A stretch of 64,000 nt of DNA. Origin: Terriglobia bacterium. GTDB lineage: Bacteria; Acidobacteriota; Polarisedimenticolia; Polarisedimenticolales; JAIQFR01. How positions within the stretch are numbered: the first letter of the stretch is position 1; the number at the start of each line of letters is the position of its first letter. Shown here in pieces: positions 35,044-45,888 of the stretch. The stretch spans positions 1 through 64,000 of the forward strand of contig CAVVHE010000005.1 of assembly GCA_963748015.1 (NCBI GenBank), given 5' to 3'. The position numbers and the translations under genes were made by a program. The notes below the pieces were generated by a model. The model saw only the letters and a program-made list of their open reading frames with translations, did no database searches and had not been told where the DNA came from.

Positions 35044-35856
35044 TCATGAAATTCGCTGGCAATGATTGGCGAGCAACGCCTCCGCATCCAGCAGAAAGAC
35101 GATTCCCTTGCCGTTGGCCCGGTGGGCCACCTGCCTGAGCAGGTCGGAATTCACACCGCCCATTTCGGCCGGGGCGTCCGCGATCGTGTCCTCGGCCAGC
35201 GGTTCCACGGACGCGACCGTGTCAACGGCGAGGGACAGGTGCTTCCGGCCGTCGGTCAACACAATGGCAACCTCTTTCTGCGATTCCCGAAAAGCGGTCC
35301 GCGCTTCCGTGAACAGGTTGATCACCGCGCGCAGATCGCCTTGCTCCGTGTGCTGGATCATGGCCCTGGCCTGGGCGTGATCGCCCTGTTCAGCGCACTT
35401 CAGGACGGCATCCGCGAGGGTGTGGATGCGTTGGTGTGGCAACTCGAGACGCCGCATCACCGAAGCAAAACCAATATCCTTCGGTTTGTAACCGTAATAC
35501 CACTTGCCGAAGGCACATTGGGTGGGATCTCGCGCGAGGGTAAAAGGGCGTCCGTCGTTGACCGCCGCCAGAAGTTCCTGCAGCCAGAGGACATGGTCCT
35601 GCTCCCGCGCGACCAACATGGCAATCATCGCTTCGACCTCTTCGAGGGCTGAGGAGAGGCCCAGGCGCAACCGCAGATCCACCAGCGGGAGCACTTTGCC
35701 GCGCAGGTTGATGACCCCGCGGAGGTAACGGGGGACATTCGGAACCTCGTGCCAGGGCGGCGTGCGGGTGATCTCCCGCACATACGCGGCGGACACCGCC
35801 AGTTGCAGGTCCTTCACACCGGCGACCACATAGGGAAGCCTGGCGCCTGCTTTCAT
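35044..35856 (-). CDS. CheW with an inserted CZB zinc-binding domain
   Basis: GVINLRGKVLPLVDLR, then DHVLW...CAFGKWYY...HQRIH, then LAVDTVASV. Confidence 0.85.
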   Translation of the reverse strand: MKAGARLPYVVAGVKDLQLAVSAAYVREITRTPPWHEVPNVPRYLRGVINLRGKVLPLVDLRLRLGLSSALEEVEAMIAMLVAREQDHVLWLQELLAAVNDGRPFTLARDPTQCAFGKWYYGYKPKDIGFASVMRRLELPHQRIHTLADAVLKCAEQGDHAQARAMIQHTEQGDLRAVINLFTEARTAFRESQKEVAIVLTDGRKHLSLAVDTVASVEPLAEDTIADAPAEMGGVNSDLLRQVAHRANGKGIVFLLDAEALLANHCQRIS

Positions 35857-35858
35857 AT

Positions 35859-38155
35859 TCAGGGAGACCGCTCGCCGTTGGTGGGGTTGCCGGTTTGCTG
35901 GCATTTCACCAGCGTATCCACGTCCAGGATCAAGCCCGACCCGGCCATCGCCCAGAATCGCCGCGCCGGCCAGCAGGTCCTGCTTGCGGAAGGTCTCGCC
36001 CAGATTCTTGATCACGACCTCCTGCTTGCCGAGCAGTTCATCCACGAGGAGACCGCGAGCGGCGTCGCCGGACTCGACGACGACGATGATCCCTTCGGTC
36101 GGGTCCACCGCCCGGTACGGCGTGCCCAGGTGCTGGCCCAGGCGCAGGAGCGGAGTCAACCGCCCGCGCACACTGACCACTTCGCCGCGTTCATGCACGG
36201 TGCTGACCATGCCGGGCCGCGGGCGGAACGATTCGCGCACCGACAACGTCGGGATGATGTAGCGGTCGTCGCCCACCCCGACGAGCATCCCGTCAATGAT
36301 GGCGAGGGTCAGCGGCAGGACGATGGTGAAGGTGGTGCCCTGGCCGGCGACGGACTGGATCTCGACCTTGCCGCGCAGCTTCTCGATGTTGCGCCGGACG
36401 ACGTCCATGCCCACGCCCCGGCCGGAGACATCGGTGACTTTTTCGGCGGTGGAAAAGCCGGGCGCGAAGATGAGGGCGAAAGTCTCCTCCTCGGTCGGGG
36501 TGGCGTCCGGCTTGATCAGGCCGCGTTCGCGCGCCTTGGCCAGGATGCGGTCGCGGTCCAGGCCTTTGCCGTCATCCTGGATCGCGATGACGATGCCGCC
36601 GCGCTGATGGGAGGCGGAGAGCCGAATCGTCCCGAGCGCCGGTTTGCCCTGGGCCTCGCGCGTCCGCCGGCGATTCGATGCCATGGTCAATCGAGTTGCG
36701 GATCATGTGGACGAGCGGGTCGCTCAACTCCTCCACGATGTTGCGATCCAGTTCCGTCTCCTCGCCTTCCGCGACCAGTTGCACCTGCTTGTCCTGCTGC
36801 GCGGCGAGGTCGCGCACGAGGCGCGTCATTTTCTGAAACGTCCGGCGGATCGGCACCATGCGCAGCGACATGGCGGTGCGCTGCAGTTCGGTGGTGATGC
36901 GGCCGAGTTGACGCAGGGTGCGCGCCAGATGGCGGCTGGACAACCGCTGCACCTCGGGGTCCTGGACGACCATGGATTGGGCGATGACCAGTTCCCCCAC
37001 CAGGTCCACCAGGCTGTCCAGCTTCCGGGTATCGAGTTTCACGAAGCCCGCGGCGCTCTCCGCCTTGGCCGCGGATTCGCTGCGCGCTTTGGCGGGGGCG
37101 TTCCCGTTGCCGTGGGCGGCGGAGCAGGTTCCGCCGCGGCGCAGCCGCTGGGCGTGCCGCGGCTTTCGGGCGTGACTCGGTCTCGGGTTGCTTTGGAGTC
37201 GGAGGCGACGGCGGTGGCGGCGCGCGCAGGACGGCGGCGGGCGAGGGTTCTCCGGCCAAGGTGGCTCGCACGCGCTGCCGGAGCTGCCGGGTGGGGACGA
37301 CGATCGGCTTCGCCCGGCTTCACGCCCTGGAGTTGGGCGCCGATCTCGCGGGTGAAATGCTTGAGCGCGTCCCCGCCGGCGAGAATGAGGTCGATGATCT
37401 CCGAGGTGATGCTCAGCTCCGAGCGGCGCGCCGCATCGAGGAGCGACTCCAGATCGTGCGCCAGGTCCCGCAGCGCGTCCAGGTGCAGCAGACCGGCGCC
37501 GCCCTTCAACGTGTGGAAGGCGCGAAAGATGGAATTGATGGTGTCGGCATCGGCGGGGTTCTCCTCCAGCACCAGCACGCCTTGCTCGATGTTCTGCAGC
37601 AGTTCCAGGGATTCGCCATGGAACTCGCGCAGCAGCTCGGCATCGTCCGCCAGGTTCAAGCGGATCGCCGGCTCATCGGCGGCTGGTTGCGGGGCCGGCG
37701 ACTTTGGACGGAGCCGGTCCTGAGTCCGCGACCGGAGCTGTGACGACACCCCCGGTGGACTGGTTCCACGTCGCCGGAACCGCGGGCATTGCCGCGCCTC
37801 GCTCCCACGCCGTGAGGACGGAACTCATCCACGAATGCCACTCGTTCAAGAACCGGATGGATTCGCCGGTGAATATCCCCGGCCCATCCAGGATCTGGTC
37901 CAGCAACGCCCGGGCGGCGGCCAGACCCGTGGCGAGGACTGCCGGTGCGCCGTCGCGGGGGAGTTCCTCGAAGTCCATGAGCAGGCTGTTGATCGGCAAG
38001 AGCCCGGTGTCCCGACCCGCTTCGACGAAAGCCAGTTCCTCACCCAGCTGCGCCAGAATCTCAGCCGCGCGGACCACGGCGGGGGCGTTGGGTTGGGGGA
38101 GGCCACAGCAGTCTGGTAACACAGATTGAAGGCTGCTGGCAAACCCGCTTTTCAA
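35859..38155 (-). CDS. cheA: Chemotaxis histidine kinase CheA, several frameshifts; start uncertain
   Basis: Hpt FRAFHTLKG; KLDSLVDLVGELVI; DPLVHMIRNSIDHGIE; DDGKGLD; SGRGVGMDVV; CheW-like P5 domain. Confidence 0.92.
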
Positions 38156-39861
38156 CGGCTCGGCTGGACATTGTCCGCCGCATCCGCCACGGAGGTGAAG
38201 CGGTTGATTCCGCCGAGTTTTTCCTCCACCCCTTCGCTGCGCAACCGGTCGCGCACGGAGGACCGCGCCTCGACCACCTGCAAGCGGATCTGGGCGGCGG
38301 TGAGTTCATCGGCCAGCCCGGCGAGCGCGTGGGCGCTCTGCATGTCCACGTACGGCGCGGCGGAAAGGTCCAGCACCACGAGCTTGGGCGGGGTGGCTTC
38401 GGAGCGCACGCGCTCCTGGATGCGTGTCGCACACGTGCTCGACGTTGAAATACATCAGGCTGGATTCGGGCCGGAAGATCAGGACGCCGGGGATCAGTTC
38501 GTTGTCCGGATGCCGCTCGCGGTCCGAGAACCGCCGCGTGCCCGGGATGCGTCCGAGGCAGCGCCACGTGCGGCCGCGACGCGCGCCGGATCAGCAGCAC
38601 CAGCGAGATGATCGCGCCGATCAGCACGCCCCGCAGCAAGCCCGAGCACAAGCACCCCGAGCAACGCCGCGATGGCCACGATATACTCGGTCCGGTTGGT
38701 GCGCCGGAGATGCTTGCAGCGCGGACACTTTGAACAAGCCCGGTGACGGCCACCAGCACGATGGCCGCCAGCACCGGTTGCGGCAGATAACGCAGCAGGC
38801 CGGAGAGGAACAGGACGACCACCAGCATGACCAACGACGCGAACAAGCCGGAGAGCGGGGTGCGCGCGCCGCCGCTTTCGTTCACGAGCGATTGCGACAT
38901 GCCGCCGCTGACCGGAAAGCCCCGGCCCAGCGCGGCCGCCAGGTTCGCCCCGGCCAGCGCCAGAAACTCCTGGTTGGCGTCCAGCCGGCCGCCGTGCTTG
39001 GCGGTGAACATGCGGCCGATGGCGGCCGTTTCCACCGCGCCGAGCAGGAAGCAGGCGAGCGCCAGCGGCAACAAGTCGTTCAAGTCGGACCAGTGGATCG
39101 CGGGGAGGCCGATGGCCGGCAGGCCCTGCGGCACCTCGCCCAGCAGCTTCACGCCGCGCGCGTCCAGGCCGGTGAACGCGGCGGCGACGATGCTCCCGAT
39201 GACCACGAACAACGCCACCGGCCGGTTCTTGAGAAACACCTTGCCCAGCACCAGCAGCGCCAGCGCGGCGAGGCCGAGGAGCAGCGAGGCGGCGTTGGTT
39301 TCGTTCAGGTGCGAGAGGAAGTGGCCGGCCCGTTCCCAGAAACTGCCGTGGCCGCCCTTGAAGCCAAACAGCTTCGGCAACTGCGTGCTGGCGAGGAACA
39401 GCGCCACGCCGCACTTGAACCCGACCATCACGCTTTCGGAGATGAAATTGACGATCGAGCCCGCCTTGGCCAGCCACGCGACGAAACGCGATCAGCGCGA
39501 CCAGCAGGGCCGTGCCCGCGGCGAGCGCGCCAAAGCGCGTCGGATCGCCGCCGGCCATTTCGCCCAGCGAAGCGCCCACCAGCAGCGAGATGGCGGACGT
39601 GACGGTGATGGCGGTGTGGCGCGAGCTGCAAAACAGCCAGAAGACCAGGCCGGAGAACAGGCAGGCGTAGAGCCCCGCCTCCGGCGGCAGGTTGGCCAGC
39701 GAGGCATCCGCAATGCCGGCGGGCAGCAGGTAGGCCGCGAGCGTGATGCCGGCAACGATGTCGCCGCGCAGCCAGCCGGGCTGGTAGGACCGCAGCCATC
39801 CGAGCGCCGGGATCCAACGCGCCAGGCTGAGGGTTGAGGAGGAGGTGGGGTTTTCGCTCAT
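38152..39861 (-). CDS. SulP family anion permease with STAS domain, frameshifted
   Basis: GDIVAGITLAA, GLYA, GGMSQSLVNESGGARTPLS, and C-terminal STAS VVLDLSAAPYVD. Confidence 0.9.
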
Positions 39862-39870
39862 TGGTTTGCC

Positions 39871-40226
39871 TTAGACACGGTTGTCTGACCGGCACAAGGA
39901 TTGTGCTCTGGCGGTGGCCGTGAGATGACTGAAGGTCTCCAAGACCAGGGCCGAAGACAACCCATAATCCTCCAGGCGGCAGCGATGGGGTCTGCGTCCC
40001 TCATTGGGATGCGCGGACAGGTAGCTGCGGACATGCGGCCGATGAAGTTGAGCTGGGCTTCCTTGTTGGAGCACCCCACCAGTAGGCGGAACGGTTCCAG
40101 AAAATCATCCCGGCCAAAATCTTCCAGTCGCGGGCGCCGACGGGCCAGCTCCAGCAAGCCGTCGGTATCCAGCGTCCGCTCCACACACCCCAGCGCGGTG
40201 AGCCGTGAGCCCCCCGTGTTGGCCAT
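39871..40226 (-). pseudogene. Sulfotransferase-family gene with its core deleted
   Basis: N-terminal-like LLELARRRPRLEDFGRDDFLEPF...LNFIGR joined out of frame to C-terminal-like HRCRLEDYGLS. Confidence 0.6.
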
Positions 40227-40419
40227 GCGGATATGAAACGGCCGATATCTTGCGTTGTCTTTCACGACCACAGGCCGGTCAATACTTTCCGGGCAACGTT
40301 GCGATTCCGTTCGCGATCCAACTGGATGTCGAAGCCGGACACCGCCAGCACCGGGTTCGGGTGCAGCACACCCGCGGCGCCGCTTTTCGGTCTCTTGGTT
40401 TGGTGTCAGGGTGGTTTTC

Positions 40420-41496
40420 CTACGGCGCCGGGGCGTCCGGGGTTGCTGCCGTGGGGCGGGCGGACATCCATTCTGACACGAGGCGGTAGCCGACCGCCAG
40501 CAGCGTGGGTCCGATGAACACGCCGATGAAACCGAACGCCAGACGCGCCGCCGAGGACGCCGAAGAAGATCAACAGGAACGGCATGGCGCTGCCCTGGCT
40601 GATGAGCCACGGTTTGACGAAGTTGTCCACGCTGCTCACCCCCACGCCCCAGATCAGCATGAAGATGCCCCAGCCGGTTGAGCCCTGATGGAACAGCCAC
40701 AGGGCCGCCGGCAGCCAGACCAAGGGCGGGCCGACCGGCACGACCGACAGGAAGAACGTGAACAGCGCGAGCAGGCCGGCTCCGGGCACACCCGCGATGA
40801 GAAAGCCGATCCCCGCCATCACCGCCTGCACCAGGGCCGTGCCCAGGATGCCATAGACCACGCCGCGCACCGTATTGCCGGCGACCTCGAGCAGGTGCTT
40901 GCCGCGTTCGCCGGCGATCCGATCCACGGCGGTGCCCAGGCGTTCCGCCGCCTTGCCGCCGTCGCGGAAGAGAAAGAACGCGATCAGGATGCTCAGGGCC
41001 AGTTCGAGCAGACCGCGGCCCAACGCCAGGCCGGCCTTGAGCAACCAGCCGCTGACCGGTTCAATGAACCGCTTGGCGGCCTCCAGCAGCTTGGAGCTGT
41101 CCGCCGCGAGGCTCTGCCAGTATTCGGTCGCCTGCCGTCCGACGCCCGGCACCTTGGCCAGCCATTCGGGCGGCGCCGGCGGCCCGGCATCCATCCAGCG
41201 CTGCGTGGCCGCCGTCAGTTCCTTGACGTTGTCCCCCAGGGTCGCTCCGATGATGACAAACGGGCAGCAGGATCACGCAGATCATCGCCAGCGCCATGAG
41301 CGAGGCGGCCAGGGTGCGCCGCCCGCCCAGCAGCTTGACCAGCCGGCGATACAGCGGCCAGCTCGAGAAGCTCAGCACCATCCGCCCAAAGCAACGCCGA
41401 GACGAACGGCAGCATCACCAGCAGGCAGCCGCCCAGCAGGAGCGCCAGGATGATCCAGCCGAGGTTCTGTTCGAGTTTGGAGCGGGATTCGTTCAT
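40420..41496 (-). CDS. AI-2E family transporter, frameshifted
   Basis: Multiple TM segments; SSVDNFVKPWLI; FFGVLGG...GFIGVFIGP after frame correction. Confidence 0.88.
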
Positions 41497-41652
41497 CGGT
41501 TCGGTTCCTCCTGGCGCCTGCGTTGGCCGCATGGATCGGCGTCGTGCAGGGTCAACCAGCCGTCATCTCGAAAACGTGGCATTGCCAGGGAGGCACATCC
41601 AGACAAAACCCTTGCTCCTCGGGGTCTTGATGGTCAGGTTCGCCGGCATGGC

Positions 41653-42039
41653 TTACCCTTCTGCAATGGTCGTGATTCCCGGCACGTGCTCAAAGTGCTT
41701 CTTGTTGTGAGTCACGATGGGGATTCTGTGCCGGAGCGCCGTGGCCGCGATCCAGGAACCGGGCAACGACAGGGGCTGTCCCCGACACGTCTTTCCAACG
41801 AGTTCGGCCCAACTCCACGCCAGCCCATCGTCGTAAGGCAGCACGGCGAAGTTCTTGAGGAACTGAACCAGGCCCTGTTTCTTCGCCTCACCCCAGTTCC
41901 GCTCAAAAGGCCAGCGATACAGTTCCGCCACTGTCATGAACGAGACGAAAAGCGTCTGTCCCGTCAGATGAGCCTCGTAGGGCCTGGCCCGGGTGTCCCC
42001 TTTGTAGATGTAGGAGACGATGTTGGTATCAATCAGCAT
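41653..42039 (-). CDS. vapC: PIN-domain toxin (VapC family)
   Basis: MLIDTNIVS, TVAEL, SWIAATA, VTHNKKHF. Confidence 0.85.
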   Translation of the reverse strand: MLIDTNIVSYIYKGDTRARPYEAHLTGQTLFVSFMTVAELYRWPFERNWGEAKKQGLVQFLKNFAVLPYDDGLAWSWAELVGKTCRGQPLSLPGSWIAATALRHRIPIVTHNKKHFEHVPGITTIAEG

Positions 42040-42051
42040 GGTCCCACCCTA

Positions 42052-42399
42052 TTAAACCGGACTCTCTGCCCGCCACCGCTCCACCGCATCGTCGAATCCC
42101 TCCCAATCCTCGGCGGAACCCGCCCCGAACAGGGCTGAGAAGTCGCTGACCGGCGCCACACCCTGACGCTGTGCATACTCCGCCGCAGATGGGCTCTCCC
42201 AGTAGTCGTAGGTCCACGCCGCGCCAGCTTCGGCCACCGCCAGCGTGGCAGGCGCTTCAATCTGCTCGATGTTGGCAATGTTCAGCCAGCGCGGCTCGCC
42301 CGTCGTGTGATACTCCATCTTCCCGCTCACCCGGACAAACTGCCGGATGCCTCCGGTGATCCGCACCGCGCCTGGAACGCCGGCTTCAGCCGTATCCAT
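42052..42399 (-). CDS. Putative antitoxin or partner of the PIN toxin, probably 5'-truncated
   Basis: Ends 12 nt before vapC; acidic C-terminus YWESPSAAEYAQRQGVAP...EDWEGFDD. Confidence 0.55.
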   Translation of the reverse strand: MDTAEAGVPGAVRITGGIRQFVRVSGKMEYHTTGEPRWLNIANIEQIEAPATLAVAEAGAAWTYDYWESPSAAEYAQRQGVAPVSDFSALFGAGSAEDWEGFDDAVERWRAESPV

Positions 42400-42413
42400 G
42401 CAGAAAACTTTCA

Positions 42414-42510
42414 ACGCAAAGACGCAAAGGCGCGAAGAGTAGAGGGGTTAGGGATCTTTGCAGCCCGGCTCCGCCTGGTTCCGGGTTTGGGGAGATTCTC
42501 TTTGCGTCCG
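42414..42510. repeat. GCAAAGAC-type imperfect inverted repeat element
   Basis: aacgcaaagacgcaaaggcgcgaagag...tctctttgcgtc; related arm ctttgcagcttcgcgtccttgcgtt at about 46997..47020. Confidence 0.55.
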
Positions 42511-42518
42511 GCCACGGT

Positions 42519-44724
42519 TCATTGGGTCTGTTGGGGTCGGTTCCGGGCCGCGCCGGACTGGGAATCCAGTTCCGTCAGATGCAGGCGCAGAATGCGGCGG
42601 ACCTCCTCGATGGTGGCTGGCAGGTTCTGGCAGGAGTGTTCGCCGCGCACGACCAGTTCCGACTCGACATAATCCACATGCGCGCTTTGGTACGAGACGA
42701 CGCCGTCCCGGCCCTCGTGGTAATCGCCTCCGCCTTTGACGGGGATGATCGAGTGCGCCTGGATCGCCGGGTCCACGGGAATCTCCGCCAGCCTCAGCAG
42801 CGCGGGGTTCTTCGGCGACATGCTGTCGAGGCTGGTGGGCATCTTGCCCCGGAGAAACTTGTCCACCTCAGAGCCTTCGCTGAGGGTCAGGATTTCTGCC
42901 GTCCTGGAGACCGCGTCGGACGGCAGCGACATCAGCCGCCGGACCAGCCCCCGTGCGAAGCTGCTTGAGAGGTAGCTGCCGCGATGCGGGGTGCTGATGA
43001 AGACCACGCGGCGGACAAATGGCAGCGGGTCCAGGAACAGCAGGTGGCGCAGCCGTGCGCGGTCATCCTCGTCGATTTGCAAGTCCTCGATCCGGTTCGT
43101 GCTCAACATGCTCCAGAGCTGGTCGCCAATGGCCGTGGCGGTGAGTTTGGTGAGAAGGCCGCCCTGGCTGTGGCCGATGATCACCGTGTGGCGCAGCCAG
43201 GCGTTGGTGCCCTCGGGATCCAGTTCCTGGACCTTGGCCGTCAAGGCGTCGCGCAGTTCCCCGGCCGAAACGGGGAGGGGATTCCCGCTGCCATACATGA
43301 AATGCCAGAACTGGCAGCGCTGGCGCAACACGGGATCGCCCGCCAGCGTATTGTTCAGCTCGGCCCAGGTGACCGGACTCGAGAATGTCCCGTGCACCAA
43401 CACCACCGGAATCCGATCGGGCGTGAAAGCATCGATGGCAATCAACTGACTGGGCAACCGCTGGGCCGGCGCCAGGAATTGCATCATGCCCAGGTCCCAA
43501 ACGAACGACTGGTTCAGCACGTGGGCCGCGTGCGTGGTGGTGTCGGTCTCCAGGGGCACCTGGACGCCGTTGACCGCCACGTTGGGTGTTGCCGAACGCG
43601 GGATAAAGTTCCAGCGAACCCGGATGGGTGCCGGCGTCCACTTCGGTCAGTGAACCCGGCAGGCGCAGAAACACGGTCGCGGGCGAGGAGCGACGGATTC
43701 CCAACCCGGGATCGAGTCGTCGAACCGCCAGCAAGGGCGCGCCCACGCCCGGTTCCCGGTTGCGCACGCTCAGGCCGCGCACCCGAAACTGATCCGCCAA
43801 CAGGATCTGGTCGAATTCGTCCAGGCGCGTGGGGAACTGGGTGAGGTCGAGTGTCAGATCGATCTCTCCCACGGGCAGCCGGCGCCGACCATCGTGCAGT
43901 CGAACGACTCCATTGGTTCCCCTTCGCTCCGTGAGCGCCAGGCCGAGGCCGTAGTTGTAAAAATCGCAGGCCTGGCGGAGGCGGCGATCCAGCGAACCGG
44001 GCGGCGCTTGACCCCCTTCACCGAACAGGAACAGCCAGGCATAGACCGCCGAGCCCAAGTAATAGTCGCGTGCGTCACGGGGATCCCAAGGTTTGACGCT
44101 GCGGCGGATTTGCTCGCCTGCCACGTAGCTCATCTCCGCCAGCGCAAACAGCAGGTCGCGCTCACCGGTCTCCCGGGCCTTCCGGTGAAGCTGGCGAACC
44201 GCCTCGTCCGGATGGCGGGCCGCCAGTGTGTCCAGGTCGAAGCGATGCAGCAGCGCGACCGTGTCGGCACCCGGCTTGCCCGTCAGCAGGGCGTGTTCCC
44301 CCACCTGCGCGTAGGCCTGGCGTGTGGTGACTTTCTCGGTGCCGATGGGCGCGGCGCAGCCGGCGAGCAGGGCGAACGCCAGCGTGGCTGTGGAGACGGG
44401 CAGCGGCGGAAGGCTTTGAAGGGCGTGAGCGAGGGAGGTGGCGAACTCCGAAGTCCGGAGTCCGAAGTGCGAAAGAAACTCGACAACCGAGGACCGGACC
44501 GGGCGAGCGATCGGGGGCATCTCAGCGTTTTGTGCGTCATCGGAGGATTGAACGCCGCGTTTCCCCTCACCCTGGCCCTCTCCCCAAGGAGAGGGAATGG
44601 CGGGCGATGCGCCCCGGAAGGCTGGTGGCACACGTTGCAGGCGCCGCCCGGTACCGTTCGGACCTCGGACTTCAGAATTCCTTCGGCTTTCAGGTCTTCG
44701 GTCTTCGGCATTCACGGTTTTCAT
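42519..44724 (-). CDS. Alpha/beta hydrolase lipoprotein, frameshift near 43580; long repeat-derived N-terminal extension
   Basis: Lipobox LAGC; VLVHG, GHSQGG, STPHRGS, DGVV, GEHS. ATGA overlap with the upstream stop at 44721-44724. Confidence 0.85.
44443..44713. repeat. Inverted heptamer (GTCCGAA-type) element with a nested CCCTCTCC palindrome
   Basis: Left arm 44443..44498; right arm 44657..44713, whose reverse complement aligns to the left arm. Nested cccctcaccctggccctctccccaaggagaggga at 44563..44596. Confidence 0.75.
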
Positions 44725-45785
44725 AGATCGATGCCCGGCAGTCCACGGCGGATCTGTTGCGAGAAGTCGGACGACGCGTCCGCCGCCTGCGCGCGCTCGT
44801 TGATGCGGCAGCGAGGCTTCAGTTCGGCCATCGGCAGACTTGCGGCAAGGGCGCCCCGCTCGTGCAGCATCTCGTTGCCGTAACCGTTCACCAACATCCG
44901 CCAGTCCCACGGTGCACGGTCGGTGGCGGCCCGCTGCGTGCGGATGCTGGTGGTGCAGTTATGGGTGATCGCGCTGTACCACTCCGGCCGCTGGTGCAGG
45001 TCATTGACGCGACGCACATAGTCGAGAAAGAACGCGCGCACCTGTTCGGGAGAGCCACGCAGGCGGTACAGATAGACGTCCTCACCCTGCCGGTAATTGG
45101 TCCGCAGCCGGACCAGGTCGCGCTCATCGGCGACGAGGTAAATCAACTCAAACTGGCGGAACAACCCTTTGATCGCGGAGTAGCCTTCGCCCTTTTCCTT
45201 TCGGGTTTCGATGGAAAAACAGACGTAGTCGCCGCCCTCGAACCCGAAGCTCACCATCGTGTGCGCCATGTTGGGTGAGCCCCAATAGACCATGAAGAGG
45301 TCCGCGGTCCGGAGTTTCTCGAGGTCGAAGGTCTTGTCGTAGTGCCGGACGTCGAAGTCGGTTTCGGTGCGGTAGTCGCAGTTGCGGATGTTGTGAAGAG
45401 TAACCTGGTCGCCATTGAGGTCGGCGTAGGGCAGCACGGCCAGGTCCGGCTGCCAGTCGCGGTCGTTCGAGGGCTGCAGCGAGAACCACCAGGCGAGCGC
45501 CAGCGTGAAGGCGCCGACGATGAATCCCGCCGCAAGCCAGCGGCGTTTGACCACGACGCAGACCGTTAGCAGGGCGAGCAGATATCCCAGAGCCAGGGGC
45601 GCTCGCAGCCAGGGAATGCGAACATCGAAATAGAGCGCCGCCGTCGCCCACGCCGTCAACAGGGCCAGGGCGCACGCGCCGACAATCGTGAACAGCCCTC
45701 GCAGCCAGCGCCGCGGAAGTGGCGAGCGGGCAGGGGGCGCCGCAGAGGTTGGGCCGGGCTGGCTTGTCATGACGTGCTCATCCAT
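44721..45785 (-). CDS. DUF4105 (Lnb N-terminal-like) membrane protein
   Basis: Three TM segments; PSNDRDWQPD, NIRNCDYR, AHTMVSFGF, SIETRKE, HNCTT. Confidence 0.88.
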   Translation of the reverse strand: MDEHVMTSQPGPTSAAPPARSPLPRRWLRGLFTIVGACALALLTAWATAALYFDVRIPWLRAPLALGYLLALLTVCVVVKRRWLAAGFIVGAFTLALAWWFSLQPSNDRDWQPDLAVLPYADLNGDQVTLHNIRNCDYRTETDFDVRHYDKTFDLEKLRTADLFMVYWGSPNMAHTMVSFGFEGGDYVCFSIETRKEKGEGYSAIKGLFRQFELIYLVADERDLVRLRTNYRQGEDVYLYRLRGSPEQVRAFFLDYVRRVNDLHQRPEWYSAITHNCTTSIRTQRAATDRAPWDWRMLVNGYGNEMLHERGALAASLPMAELKPRCRINERAQAADASSDFSQQIRRGLPGIDL

Positions 45786-45793
45786 ACACGAAT

Positions 45794-45846
45794 CCCCTCA
45801 CCCGCCCTCTGGGCACCCTCTCCCCGGGGGAGAGAAGGGGTGAGGG
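45794..45846. repeat. CCCTCACC/CCCTCTCC palindromic REP-like element
   Basis: cccctcacccgccctctgggcaccctctccccgggggagagaaggggtgaggg; same family as 44563..44596. Confidence 0.7.
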
Positions 45847-45888
45847 CGAGCCTCGGTTTCATGGAGAGTTTCCTGCGTGGATGCCGTC

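Noticed and set aside
35044..36690. Apparent CheA-CheW-CZB fusion protein
   Set aside because: An extra base near 35935 shifts the frame; corrected CheA ends at 35859 and the next gene starts at 35856.
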